Source of the DNA: Phoronis australis
Lineage: Eukaryota; Animalia; Phoronida
Assembly: GCA_002633005.1 (NCBI GenBank)
Contig: NMRA01000068.1
Span: 602,639-666,638, forward strand
Length of the DNA: 64,000 nucleotides
Direction: 5' to 3'
Below, in pieces: positions 42,401-54,400 of this stretch (the stretch's first letter is position 1; each line of letters opens with the position of its first letter). The position numbers and the translations under genes are program-made. Under the pieces are notes generated by a model that saw only the letters and a list, made by a program, of their open reading frames with translations, was not told the origin of the DNA and made no database searches.

Positions 42401-45400
42401 TTTCAGCTCCAGGGTATGAGTCTGAATGCCAAGTTATAGACCTACTCGATCAAACTGTGCGAATTTGTGCAAATTGGTTTTCTGTTGGCAACTAATGTGC
42501 ATATTGCACCAAGTCAGGTAAAAATTGAACCACTTCGGCCTCTGATGAGTTAGGAATGATGTCTGCTTGGAAATCGCATTTTGATGTTGAAATTCTGCAG
42601 ATTGTTATTTAGAGAACTGATATGCACTGTGTCTTTTAAGTTATTCAGTGCTGATATATATCCAAAGTTCATTGCTCGCTAAATTGACCCATTGGTTCCT
42701 TAGGTGATCATCCATTGTATCTCTGGTGTAAGCAATGCATGTCATGTCCGTTGCTCTTATCATCCACTTTCAGCTGTTCCTGTTCAACTTTTATCCATTT
42801 CTTCAGCGATTTATTCAGCCACATCAGAGAGGTAAGTCAACAACCCTGCTTCCACCACACGGGTGTCATCCTATCATCTCCATCCCTCCATTATATTCCT
42901 GGGCCCCTCTTCCCCTGTGTTTTTACTTAAAGGAGAATGCCACCCAAAAAACAACCTATTTTGCATCAATTTAGATTGAGTAATTCTACTCGATAATGGA
43001 ACGTTCTGTTGCGTTACCTGACACCTGACGGCAGACAGAGGTGTTGAAATTATCTAATGACGTCATTGGTTTCACACGCATTCTGTTCAGCAGTTCACAA
43101 CACATTTTACTGGTGTCAGCTTATCACTTGAATTCATCGTTTAACACCAATAAATCATCAAAACCCTTAAAAATACACAGTCACGGAGTTCTTATAAAAA
43201 CTTGTTGTTTTATTTCGCTGTTACGGGTTTATTGGTATTTGGACACACCGTAGCCTACAAAGTTCGGCAGGCCAGTTTACCAAGGTCCGTAGCAGGAGGT
43301 TGGGGTCTGTTCGGAGATAAATTCGAAGTAATCTTCCGTGAAATACAGACAGGAGAACCTAGATCTGTGTTGTTTATACTAATGTGATTTTTTGAGTTCT
43401 AAACAGGCAAAATGCTTGTTATCCTAGCCAGTGGCTCGGAACTCGATCAGGCCCATCGCGGCCACCGGGACTGGCACGAACATAAACCAGCTTGAGTTGG
43501 AAACTAAACCTCCAGTCACAAAAAGACTATAGTGAGCCAAGGAATGTGCAGGTAATTATTTATGTGAATTAGCCATGAAAATAAAAATCTACTTACTTGT
43601 CGGGGGTCCGCGACATCGGGTTCACCTTTCACAGACCATCCGGGCAATGGTTGTACAGTAACAATGATTTGAATAATGTTATTGTTTTGTATTTCTAAAT
43701 AAAGTTTCCCCTAACATGTGACCATAGCGTATAAAATCGAGTAATTGTTTCACAACAGCTTTCTGTCAGCAAACACTGATTTAGCATGCGCTCACACGGC
43801 CTCGGTGCCAGCGTATAAAATCGAGTAATTGTTTCACAACAGCTTTCTGTCAGCAAACACTGATTTAGCATGCGCTCACACGGCCTCGGTGCCTGGTCAA
43901 TTACCAGTTTGTTGCCAGCATCAAAGTCCGGTAACGCAGTGGTTTATACATTGCTGGCTTCTCAACATTTGCACTCACGAATACTGCAAAGGCATTACAA
44001 ATTGTATCTTATGAAACAGACTTTGTTTCAGTGTCATATAAGCATTTGTTAGGATGAGAATAATTCATTTTGAAACAGAACGCAGAATAATAAACGTCCA
44101 CATGGCAACTTGCCCGGTGCCAATCCCGACTTAGTCAAGAGCTCATCCGACGAAGACTTCACGGGTCGGATCGTTAGGTTTCACAGGCTATCAGTTTGAA
44201 CCGGAATACACTGATCAGGAAATACTAAGAGAGGCACCATGAACATGCGCAGGCAACGGAACGTATGGATAGTTCTTTGGTAAGCCAGAATCCGTCAGAG
44301 AAATCACTGTCGCCAAAATGCCGGCCACAGACACGGAGATGTTTCATGGCCTCATACTTGCTATTAACAGCGTACCTTTCATTCTTCACTACCGCGAGCC
44401 ACTTCCTAAGTATTCCGGGCTCTCGAGGAAGTCGAAAAAACTTTATACCCGCTTTCTTCGCTGCTTCATAGTTCGGACAAGCGGGAACGATGCACCGCAA
44501 TATAGCGGCATTCACAGGTTAACACAACACCTTTCGGTAAGGTGAGGTCGACCGTATAAGAGGTGATGAGGATAGAGACCGATTAAGACGGTAAAAAAGA
44601 CTAAATCGGTTGGCATTCTCCTTTAACTTTTCAGGCTTCACAACTAACTGATAATATAATCTTATGCTTGCTTGTCTGACAAAGTGAAGTTGTAGGTAAG
44701 ACATTAATGAAAAAATAAATATTTTCTTGGCAGTGTTTTTCAAAGGAAGTGGTTGATAAATTAAGTAGTATTTTTTTATTTTATTTAATTGATTTGATTT
44801 GATTTCATCAGCATTAACTATATAAAATGATAGTTGGGGGTGGATGACTCTGAGGATATCTATATTAGACATGAACAACAGTTTACTATTGACCTGCTTG
44901 TAATTTTCAGAGGTTACCAAGATCCTTCTTTCTGCTGCTCAGGCAAGCCACGAACTTGTGCCACCAGATGTAAGTTGCTATAAATTGGTCGTGTGTGGGC
45001 TTGGATTGCTTGAAGTCCACATGAACATTTTTCACGCTTCAAAACAATCTGGCAACCAGTCCGTTGCTTAATAGTCTCCGTCTTCAAAACTGGTTCAAGA
45101 TGCGACAGTGTTGACTAGCTTGATGTGGAAGTCGACATAGAGTATCTTTTTCCAGCCATATACGCAAGAAGGGTTGCTGGTAAATAACCCCAGGCATAAG
45201 TGGGAGTGTGGAATAATTTTTTCAACATTCATCTTATGTTGATTCACAGAACATTACAGTATTCACCCTAATAAGCACCCATGCCCCTATAAGCACTCCC
45301 ACATGTTTTCAGACTTCACTGAAATAAGCTCCCAGCCCACGACGGCAGTACTATACATTTTCAAAATTTACATGGTTTCTGATGGAAGTTTTGGCAATTG

Positions 45401-48400
45401 GTCTATATTCAGAGAAGTTTCTGAATTTTTGCTGCTAAGTTGCGAATATCAAACTGTCTGAATGCTTTTCTGGCCTTAGTTTTGGTAAGGTTACCTATTG
45501 TGGACTCAATCTTGATAAGTTCAGTTGGAGATTTAGTTTCGATTAGTATTGTGATTGTAGTGGATTTTGTGTTTGCGTTTGAACTTAATTAAGGATAATC
45601 TAGAATTATATAGTCCCATTTATATGTGTCAAATATACACCCATACGTAAATATGACATAAAAAATTTAATTATCTGTACGTAAATATGATATAAAGATA
45701 ATAATACACATTGTACCAGACATGTGCAGGCCTCTCATGTGGGTCCATTGCACCGATCACCTAGAACCATTTTTGTGCTTTATAGTTAAACCGAGCTGAG
45801 GAGCTAGAGACCTGATTTAAGGTCCTTGCAGTGTGCCCCAGTGGACCTTGAACCTACGACCTTGAGTAAGGGGAGCAGCCACCTATCCCACTAGGCCACA
45901 TTGCCACCTCTTATATGTTAATATACACCATACGTAAATATACCCCGTAGTGTAAATGCACTTTTATATGCCAATAAAGAAAAATGATATGCACTTGGCA
46001 AAGACCATGGAACCTTTTATTTCCAAGAGTGGGGGCAACTTTGCAACATGAGTAGTCTGCTGCTAGCAAGAACAAAACTCCACTATTGTCTTGAGGCTGA
46101 ATTGATGGTGGGATTATCTCACAAACGACAAAGAAAGACCGAGGTATTGGTAGCAGAAAACTCTAAATTAAAGAAGACTTGAAAGTCTTAGGACTTAAAT
46201 TTTATTTTTGAATGAGACCTCAACACCGTCAAGTACCAAGAGTCCCAAATACTGAAAAACAAATCAAATTGTAATATGCAGGGATGTCATCACACAATTT
46301 TGTTGGTCTCGTCATTGAACTGGTTGTTGAGAAGTCGGCCACTGGCTGGGGGTATACCAAAGATGATTGAGATTGTTGAAAAACCACTCGCAATATCGTT
46401 TGCGTCATATGGTACACCGCTGTCTTTCTTCCATCTCAAGATTCAGTTTTCAAGTTCAACTTTACACGTATCAGACTCCATCATTTTTCTGTCAATGAAA
46501 GAAGAGAAGATTCAAACTGAGTGTTGCTATTTCTCAGTTGAGACTTGACGGCACTGAGGGCTAATTCTAATTTACTTCGCTTGCCAGTACCTTTTCTGCA
46601 GAATTCTGCTTTACCCTATAAGTTTTTTACTTACTTACTGGTGGAAACCTCAATCATCTAATCGCTGTGGTTGCTTTGTGTTGCGACATCAACCGCAGTA
46701 TCCTCATTTTTTGACAAAGCAATTTCATGCCTGTCATTTTTCTCTTCAATCAGTGGTTCTATACCTTTGATAACTAGAAAAATAAGTAGATAAACATTTC
46801 AGCAATGAAAAATAACTGAGTTATTACAGCATTATGTTACTTTAAAGGTAGTTATGTAATATGTAGATTTGGACTGGCATCAATTCTAATAAACAATAAA
46901 CCTTGCGCATAATGGAAACTGCCGACGTATTCCAAATATTAACTATTTACCTTCATCTTAGCTTTCACCATCATCCTCGTCATTTCCTTTAAACTTTTTT
47001 GTGCTTCCACTGCACGTCATCATGCCTTCCACCACCTTCAGTGGTGATGATACTGGGCATTGTTTAAGAATATGCAGAGGCTGTTTTTGAGCCTTTTTAC
47101 TGTCTCTCTAGTACTGTTGTATTCTGACGTTGCATTGTTGCCCATTTTCTTTTCGCAGCCCTAGGGATCTTTTCCTTTTGGGAGCCTACTGTAGATGGCA
47201 ATTTTGGTACGTTTTGGGTCATCTAGCATGTCTTCAACATCCTGTTCTTACTGTAGGGGCAACAGACACCTCGTTTCCTCCTCAGTCCACGCTTGGCCTC
47301 GCTTCTTTTTGGCTGCCATTTCTGCTCTGAAGCGTGGCTTACAAGGTTGAAATTATTGCAATGACCTTTTAGGTAGAATGATATAACCTTTACACTGATT
47401 TTTTTGTTCAAGAAAATTGCATGGCATCCATATTTGCAAGGTGTATATTTGCAGGGTGTATATTTGCACATAGGTAAATTTACATTTACACGACCTGTGG
47501 AGGTGGTGTGTATATACACCCAAATGTAGCTTTACACTTCAATGTACTTGCGATGATATGGCAAAATACTCACTGTACGTAAAGATACACTTGGGTGTAA
47601 ATGCCATCCTGTATATGCTTATAATTTCATGTTCTTTGATAATTCAGTAATCATGTACAAACTGAGGTGACCATGTTGAGTAATGACGTTTTACCATTGT
47701 CCTTTCTGTATCATGTCTCATTTGCCTACTTTAAATTTCAGATAATTGAACAGCTGTTGAAAGCAATAGCAAATAACTTCATCACAGAAAGGAATTCCAG
47801 TGAGGTGATGGCTGTGGGGTAAGGTTCTTGCTGTGAGAGAAAGTCAGAAACAGACTAGTACAGTGTAGTTGTGACTAGACGGGTCCATTCTCAGTTACAG
47901 AATGAATTATCCAACTTAGTATCTGCCTGTTACTTTCTCTTTATCTGTCACTAGGGAAGACTGCTCTGACGAGGAATCCAGCTTTCATCCAGCCATCATG
48001 ACTGGGGAGTTTGGGTCATTTTGTCTGAATACTGTAACTAAGCAACATATGCTGACCTTCCCAACAAGGGCACAGTTTGGTTTACTTGTCACGTAGCGCG
48101 AGGCTCGTGGTCTAAAAATTGGACTGTCGGATATTATTGATAAATTGAAGACGTTACTGTAGAATTTTAGCTTCGTAGGTTAGGCATTTTTCGCATGTAT
48201 ACACGTTCATGGGCTGGGTGCTTATTTTAGCAAAATCTGAAGACACATGGGGGGCGCTTATAGGGGCATGGGCGCTTATTAGGGCAAATATGGTACTTGT
48301 TTTTGTTGTTGAAAACATAAATTTTGGAGACAGCTAGTATGACCAATTGCGGTCTATTGATCCAGCAGCGAATTCAGGTGTCGTTGAGTTCACAAAATAT

Positions 48401-51400
48401 GTCATTTAGATTTTTGTTAGGATACCAATGACATGTATGAAAAATGAAGTTGTTTTGAATTTTGACATATTGACTGACTTTTGAAAATATATTGGTTTTT
48501 ATATACCGGTAGACTGCTTATTAACTTGGGTGTTTTTAAAGAAAATAAAATGATGTTGCCATAGTAACGTTCTACACGAATGCAGTGTCTGTACTAACTT
48601 CTTGTGAGTTGATAACTTCGTAACCTTTTTTATCTGATCATTTATCAGTGATAAGAAATCGACATAATTATCGAAATTGGTCCTAATTTTTGCATGATGA
48701 ATAACATCGATTGTTTAATTAAATTTTTTTCACCATACATTTGAATTTAGATGATAGATGTGATTGATATAAACACATCAATTTAAAGATCTTATTGTGA
48801 TGAATTGTGGTCAAACAAAATTGCCTGTGTATTGGTTTCAACTTCATAATTTACAAAGTTTGCAGTATTTTGAAAATTTCTGGGTAACACGTCATGGATC
48901 TTGGTTATTAGAATACCTCAGAAATGTTGTTTCAGTTGGGCTCTTAAATCAAGAAAGTTTGTGTACTTTTTACATTAATTTTATTCCATAAAAGTTTTAC
49001 AATGTCTCATTGTGGTTTCATGGTGATCTTTCAATTTCAGTTACAGTTAACTGTAATTCTTAAAACAGCATCTCTAAAGTCCTTAACATTTACATAAAAT
49101 CATAAAATTTCACACAACTGTTGAAACATGTAGGCTCAATCAAAGCAGCATCAGGAAGTGGAGGATGTCAGTGGTGTGATGAACAAGAATCTATAACCTC
49201 TTGGTACTAATGGCTCGGTATTCCTTTTTCTAGCTTGAATGCTGTTAAAGAGATTTGTGCCCGATGTCCCTTGGCCATGTCTGAGGACCTTCTTCATGAC
49301 TTATCTGAGTACAAGAACAGTCGAATCAAAAGTGTGTCCATGGCTGGCCGGTCATTGGTTCAACTCTTCAGGAGTGTAAATCCAACACTGCTCCACAAAA
49401 AGGACAGGGTGGGCAGATTTCATATTAATAGCAAGAATATCAGACACGATGTTAATGCGATTTTTTGACAGCAATATTATCTTTAAATTTGTGTTTACTT
49501 AATACTTATGAAATTAGAAATTACAATGTAATAATTACAAGACTATCAGTAAGAATATGAAGAAGCAATGGTAGTTTAATGCTACTTGTGGGAAGTTCTG
49601 AAATAAATGTAGTGATGGCTTTTCAAACATGATGTACAGGAATGCGTACAGGTGACACCAGTGCATTATTAAAATTTGTCTAGAGTCATAGTAATTTTCA
49701 CAGTATTGATTATTCCGACAAACGCAGTTAGACGACACAAGTCCTACAACCGCAAAGTCAATATGATGGATACGCTTTGCAACATACTACAGCAAAAGAC
49801 TGGTTACGATGTGTTTTGATCATTTGTTGCCATATAGAGCTACAGTATTAAAATGGGTGAAGGTTTTGTGGAGAAGAGACAAGTTTCAACTTTGAAATAG
49901 AAAATACTGTTTATTCATTATTGTTGCATTTTGACAGGGCAAGCCAACAATGGCTATGGAAGAGATAGACGCACTGAGTTATGGTAGTTTAAATGCCAAG
50001 GACTATATCCCTGGAGCAGAATATCTGACTCACAGTGCAGCGGAGGCAGACAAAACTAAGAGCGAAGGTGAGTCGATTGTTACAGTGGAGGTCTGCAATA
50101 TATGTTAGGCGGTCTGAAATAAGTCATTTATTCTGGTACAAAATAATTGCATCTTATTCTTGACTTGCTTTATCAGACTATTCAGTCAACCATGTTTTGA
50201 ACATATGAACCTGTGTGTACTTACAAAAATACCATTTTTTATACGCCTACATATTTATTTGTGGACGCATTATGCCGTCATCTATGTCCGTCTGTCCGAC
50301 GTCCGTCTGGCATTCGTCAGGCGTCCATCCGGCGTCTGTTCAGCGTCCGCTGCTCCATCTCCAAAACCGATTGACGTATGTTCATGAAATTTTGCACTTG
50401 TGTTCCTTTTCTGGATGGGACGGCATGAGCGAATTTTCGGACAGATCCGACTGCCGGTGTGCCCCCTAGTGGCAATTTTAGTTTTTTACGTTTTCCTCAG
50501 TCTGTATCTTCAAAGGTCCTCAACATATTTTTACAAAATTTGGCATATTGGCATCTATTAGTCAGACGACGATATCGTCCCGTTTTTGGATGGATTCGAC
50601 GTAGTTTGCACCACCTAGTGGCCATTTTTACTGTTTTTGCATCTGTTTTTTAGCATCCACCCTCTATCAACCAAACCGCTGGAAGCATTATTGTGAAAAT
50701 TGGCGTGTATGTTCTTACTATGAAGAGAACAGTTGATGATGACTTTCCGACGAGTTCGACTACTGTGGCACCTCTTAGTGGCAATTTCTGTATCTTCAAA
50801 GGGCCTCAATGTATTGTCATAAAATTTGGTGTATAGGCTTTTGTTGGTGAGGTGACGCTATCTTCCCGTTCTCAGATGGATTCGACCTAGTTTGCGCCAC
50901 CTGGTGGCCATTTTTACTGTTTTTTAGTCTGTTTTTTGGCGTCCACCCTCAGTCAACCAAACCGCTTTCAGGATAATTTTGAAAATTGGCGTGTATGTTT
51001 TCACTATGAAGTGGTCGGGTGACGATGATTTTCTGATGACTTCGACTACTGTGGCGCCTCCTAGTGGCAGTTTCATTTTTTTGCACCCATGGCTGTATCT
51101 CCAAAATCGTTTGTACGATCTTTACTCAATTTAAGAAATGTGTTTATATGTTGACAATGGATGATGATTTTCGGATGGATTTGACTACTGGTGTGCCCCA
51201 TGGTGGCAATTTTAGTTTTACGTTTACCTCTTCAAAGGTCCTCAACGAATTTTTATAAAATTTTAAATACGGGCATCTGTATCTCCTAAACTCACTGCAG
51301 GATCTTTATTAAATTTAGTTTGTAAGTGTATTGATATGAAGCTAACAATAGACAATGACAACTTTCAGGCGGATCCAACGAACGGTGTGCCCCCTAGTGG

Positions 51401-54400
51401 CAATTTCATTTTATTCTGTTTTCCTTTGTTTCTCTGAAGTTCCATGATGGATTTCTATGAAATTTGGTGTATAGCTTTTTATTTAAGAAGCAATGATATG
51501 TTCCCGTTTTCGGATGGATTGTATGTTTTTGCGCCATCTAGTGGCCATATTTATGACACAAATAAACAACCCTAAAAGCACACCATTTGCGATGCATTCT
51601 TGGGCGCATTTCAACACTTCGCGTTGCTCTTGTTTTTATTTGAGCAGTCACCAGGTGCACTCTATGAATTGAATGAAACCTGGTGCTATGTCTGTGCTTG
51701 TAATCAGAACTGAGAAGTAGTGTACCTGAGTGTCTTTAATTCTTGTTCTCAGTCTCCTTTTGCTGAAGTCAGAAACGGAAAACCTCAGTCCGCTTTTATT
51801 ATGTACCCACATATTTTTTGTGGGTGCATTATGCTGTCATACTTGTCCGTCCACCTGGTCCATCCGTCCGGTCTGTCCATCCATCCGTTTGGCGTCTGCT
51901 GCTGTATCTCCGAAACCCTTGGTTGTACTTTCATGAAATTTTGCAAATATGTTCGGCGTGCCCCCTACTGGCAATTTTGTTCTTTTACATTTTCCTCTGT
52001 ATGTTTGGAATTCATGAACACATTTTCACAAAGTTTGGCAAATATGTATCTACTAGTGAGATAACACTTGCCTTACTGTTTTTTTAATGGATTTGAATAT
52101 CGAGATAGCCAATAGACCAATTTTATCGAAACTTGTCTCAGGGGTATGTGACTGCAATGCATTGGTACCAAACGATGCGTGAATGAATTCAACTCCTGCC
52201 TGCAGTACCCTCTATTGGCCATGTTTCCTTTCATTTGATTGTTGTTGAAATGACTCCTCAGGTGTTAATGAAACTTGACGTAGGCGTATGGTAAGAATGT
52301 GCACCTCACCAGTTGATTTTCGTATGGATTTAGCTACCATAACAGCCTCCAATGGCCATTTTACTTTTTGCATAGTGATAAACTGATGGTCAAGTTATCA
52401 GACCTCAAATAAAACTCAGACAACACCAATTCGGACATGAAATATCTTCAGTTAGACTTCTTAAAACTCAATTTTAATTTTCAATATATAAACATATTTA
52501 CAACAGTGGACTCAACCAGACGATTTAATGCTCATGGTCAACACCTAACCAGCAGTGTGGCCCAGTAATAATTGGTTTTGAAGTTTCCAATACTGTGGGA
52601 TGACTGAGTGGGTTGAATGATAGCCTGGTGCTTTAGAAATTGTGTAGCATTAGTGGTATTTTTATAGAGTGCACTGAAATAGTGAGATAACAAATACCCC
52701 ACCTGCAACCTGAGCAGATTGGTATCTGTTAAGGTCCACCTTCAAAAAGACATGAGCTGTTTTTGCACGGGGAACAGGTGTTATGGTGCCGTAAATACCA
52801 ATTATGAGGCTGTGAAATATTTCCGTGTCTTTGGCTGGCATTATTCTTTTTCAAAATAAATTATTCTCACCCATTGTTTGTATAAAATTGAAACAAATTG
52901 TCAAAGTCTGTCTCAGTTGATACAATTTGTAATGCCTTAAGTGTGTTCATGAATTCAGATGTTTTGAGAAGTCAGTGAATAAATCATACTGCGTTATCAG
53001 CATCAGATACAATTGTGTGCATTTTTAAGGCTTTTACATTTGAATTTTGATGATTCATTGAATCAGATGTAAAACCTGTGACGTCATTGGTTAATTTCAG
53101 CACCTCCGTCTGCAGTCAGGTAAAAGAACTGAACTTGCTGTTATCAACTAGAACTACTCGATCTAAAGTGATACAAAATACGTTGTTTTTGGTGGCATTC
53201 TCCTTTACGTGCTTACAAATTATGATAAGGTCACAAAATGGTGGACAAATGATTTTTTTCATAAAAGATGTGTAGCATCAAATTAATGTTGTACCATGTT
53301 GATCGTGATCAATAATTCTTTGGAATTTGGATACATATGAAAGGCACCATTGGGTACTTCAGGTGTGGTTTTGGCTTCTGCAATACAATCTGGTGGGTAT
53401 CCATCACATGTGAAATGATGTTATTTTCAGATGGTTGGGAGTCTTGCGATGAGGAAGAAGGTGATGACTCTGATGGTGAATGGATTGATGTTCATCACTC
53501 TTCTGATGAGGAACCTAACTGTGACCAGGTAATTAAAGGCATAGTATTTTTATTATCCTCTATTTTTAAATGTTTAAAGTTGCCAGTTTGTGGTTTTAAT
53601 AATTAGTTAATTAGTTGGTGTCGGTTGATTGACTGAAAAACACAAAAAATGCCGTACAATGCAGGCCCATAGCCAGGGGGGTGTTCGAAGGGTTTGATTG
53701 AACCCCCCTGCGGAAAAGGTCCAGGCCCAGCCTATCCGTTAAAGATGGGATATAGAAGTGATGGACTACAACAACAACAACAACAACAAAATTGTTGCAG
53801 CTACTGGTACTAATAACTACAATGATTATTAAGTTAGAAGTAATTTTGGATTTGCTTCTGATTCAAAGCACTTCGTGTAATCATCAGGTCCTACACGGCC
53901 CCAGGGCCAAACTTCGCTCGAATGTTGTTTGTGTAGATAACACTGAGGATCGTGCAGTCGATTAAAGGAGGCATTCATTGGAATTGAACATGCATGGTTG
54001 CTACACCAATATCGTCGTTATTATCGTTGACCAAATGGGTGAACGTTACGTCGTTGAATTAAGTGCATTTTAATTCTTGTTAGAGTCGTAAAGTATTGCG
54101 GCGCAAAGTAATTACTTACAGAGTAAAGTAATTGTTTAGGGGGTAAAACAATTATTTATGACAAAGTAATTATTACATTACAGCGCACAAAATTACTTTG
54201 TACCGCAAATAATTACTTTACGCCCTACAAAGTTACTTTATGCTCTAAATAATTACTTTTAAATTATGCTGTAAAAAGTTACTTTATGTCACAAATAATT
54301 ACTTTACACCGCAAATAATTACTTTACACCACAAATAATTTCTTTACGCCGTATAATGTTACTTTATGTTGCAAGTAATTACTTTACGCACGTAATTTAA

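Larger units (their letters stand above)
42931..44622. mobile_element. Kolobok-type non-autonomous element with THAP remnant, TTAA TSD
   Basis: TTAA|AGGAGAATGCCACCC ... GGTTGGCATTCTCCT|TTAA. Confidence 0.85.

Noticed and set aside
45030-45100. Third hammerhead-like hairpin on the minus strand (GCAAC...GTTGC)
   Set aside because: Core nucleotides too degraded to support
50160-52087. Clusters of short ORFs in Helentron-like copies
   Set aside because: Chance ORFs in non-coding tandem repeats; frames not conserved between copies
54060-54400. ~22-bp repeats as CRISPR or iterons
   Set aside because: Degenerate minisatellite inside a TA-flanked MITE
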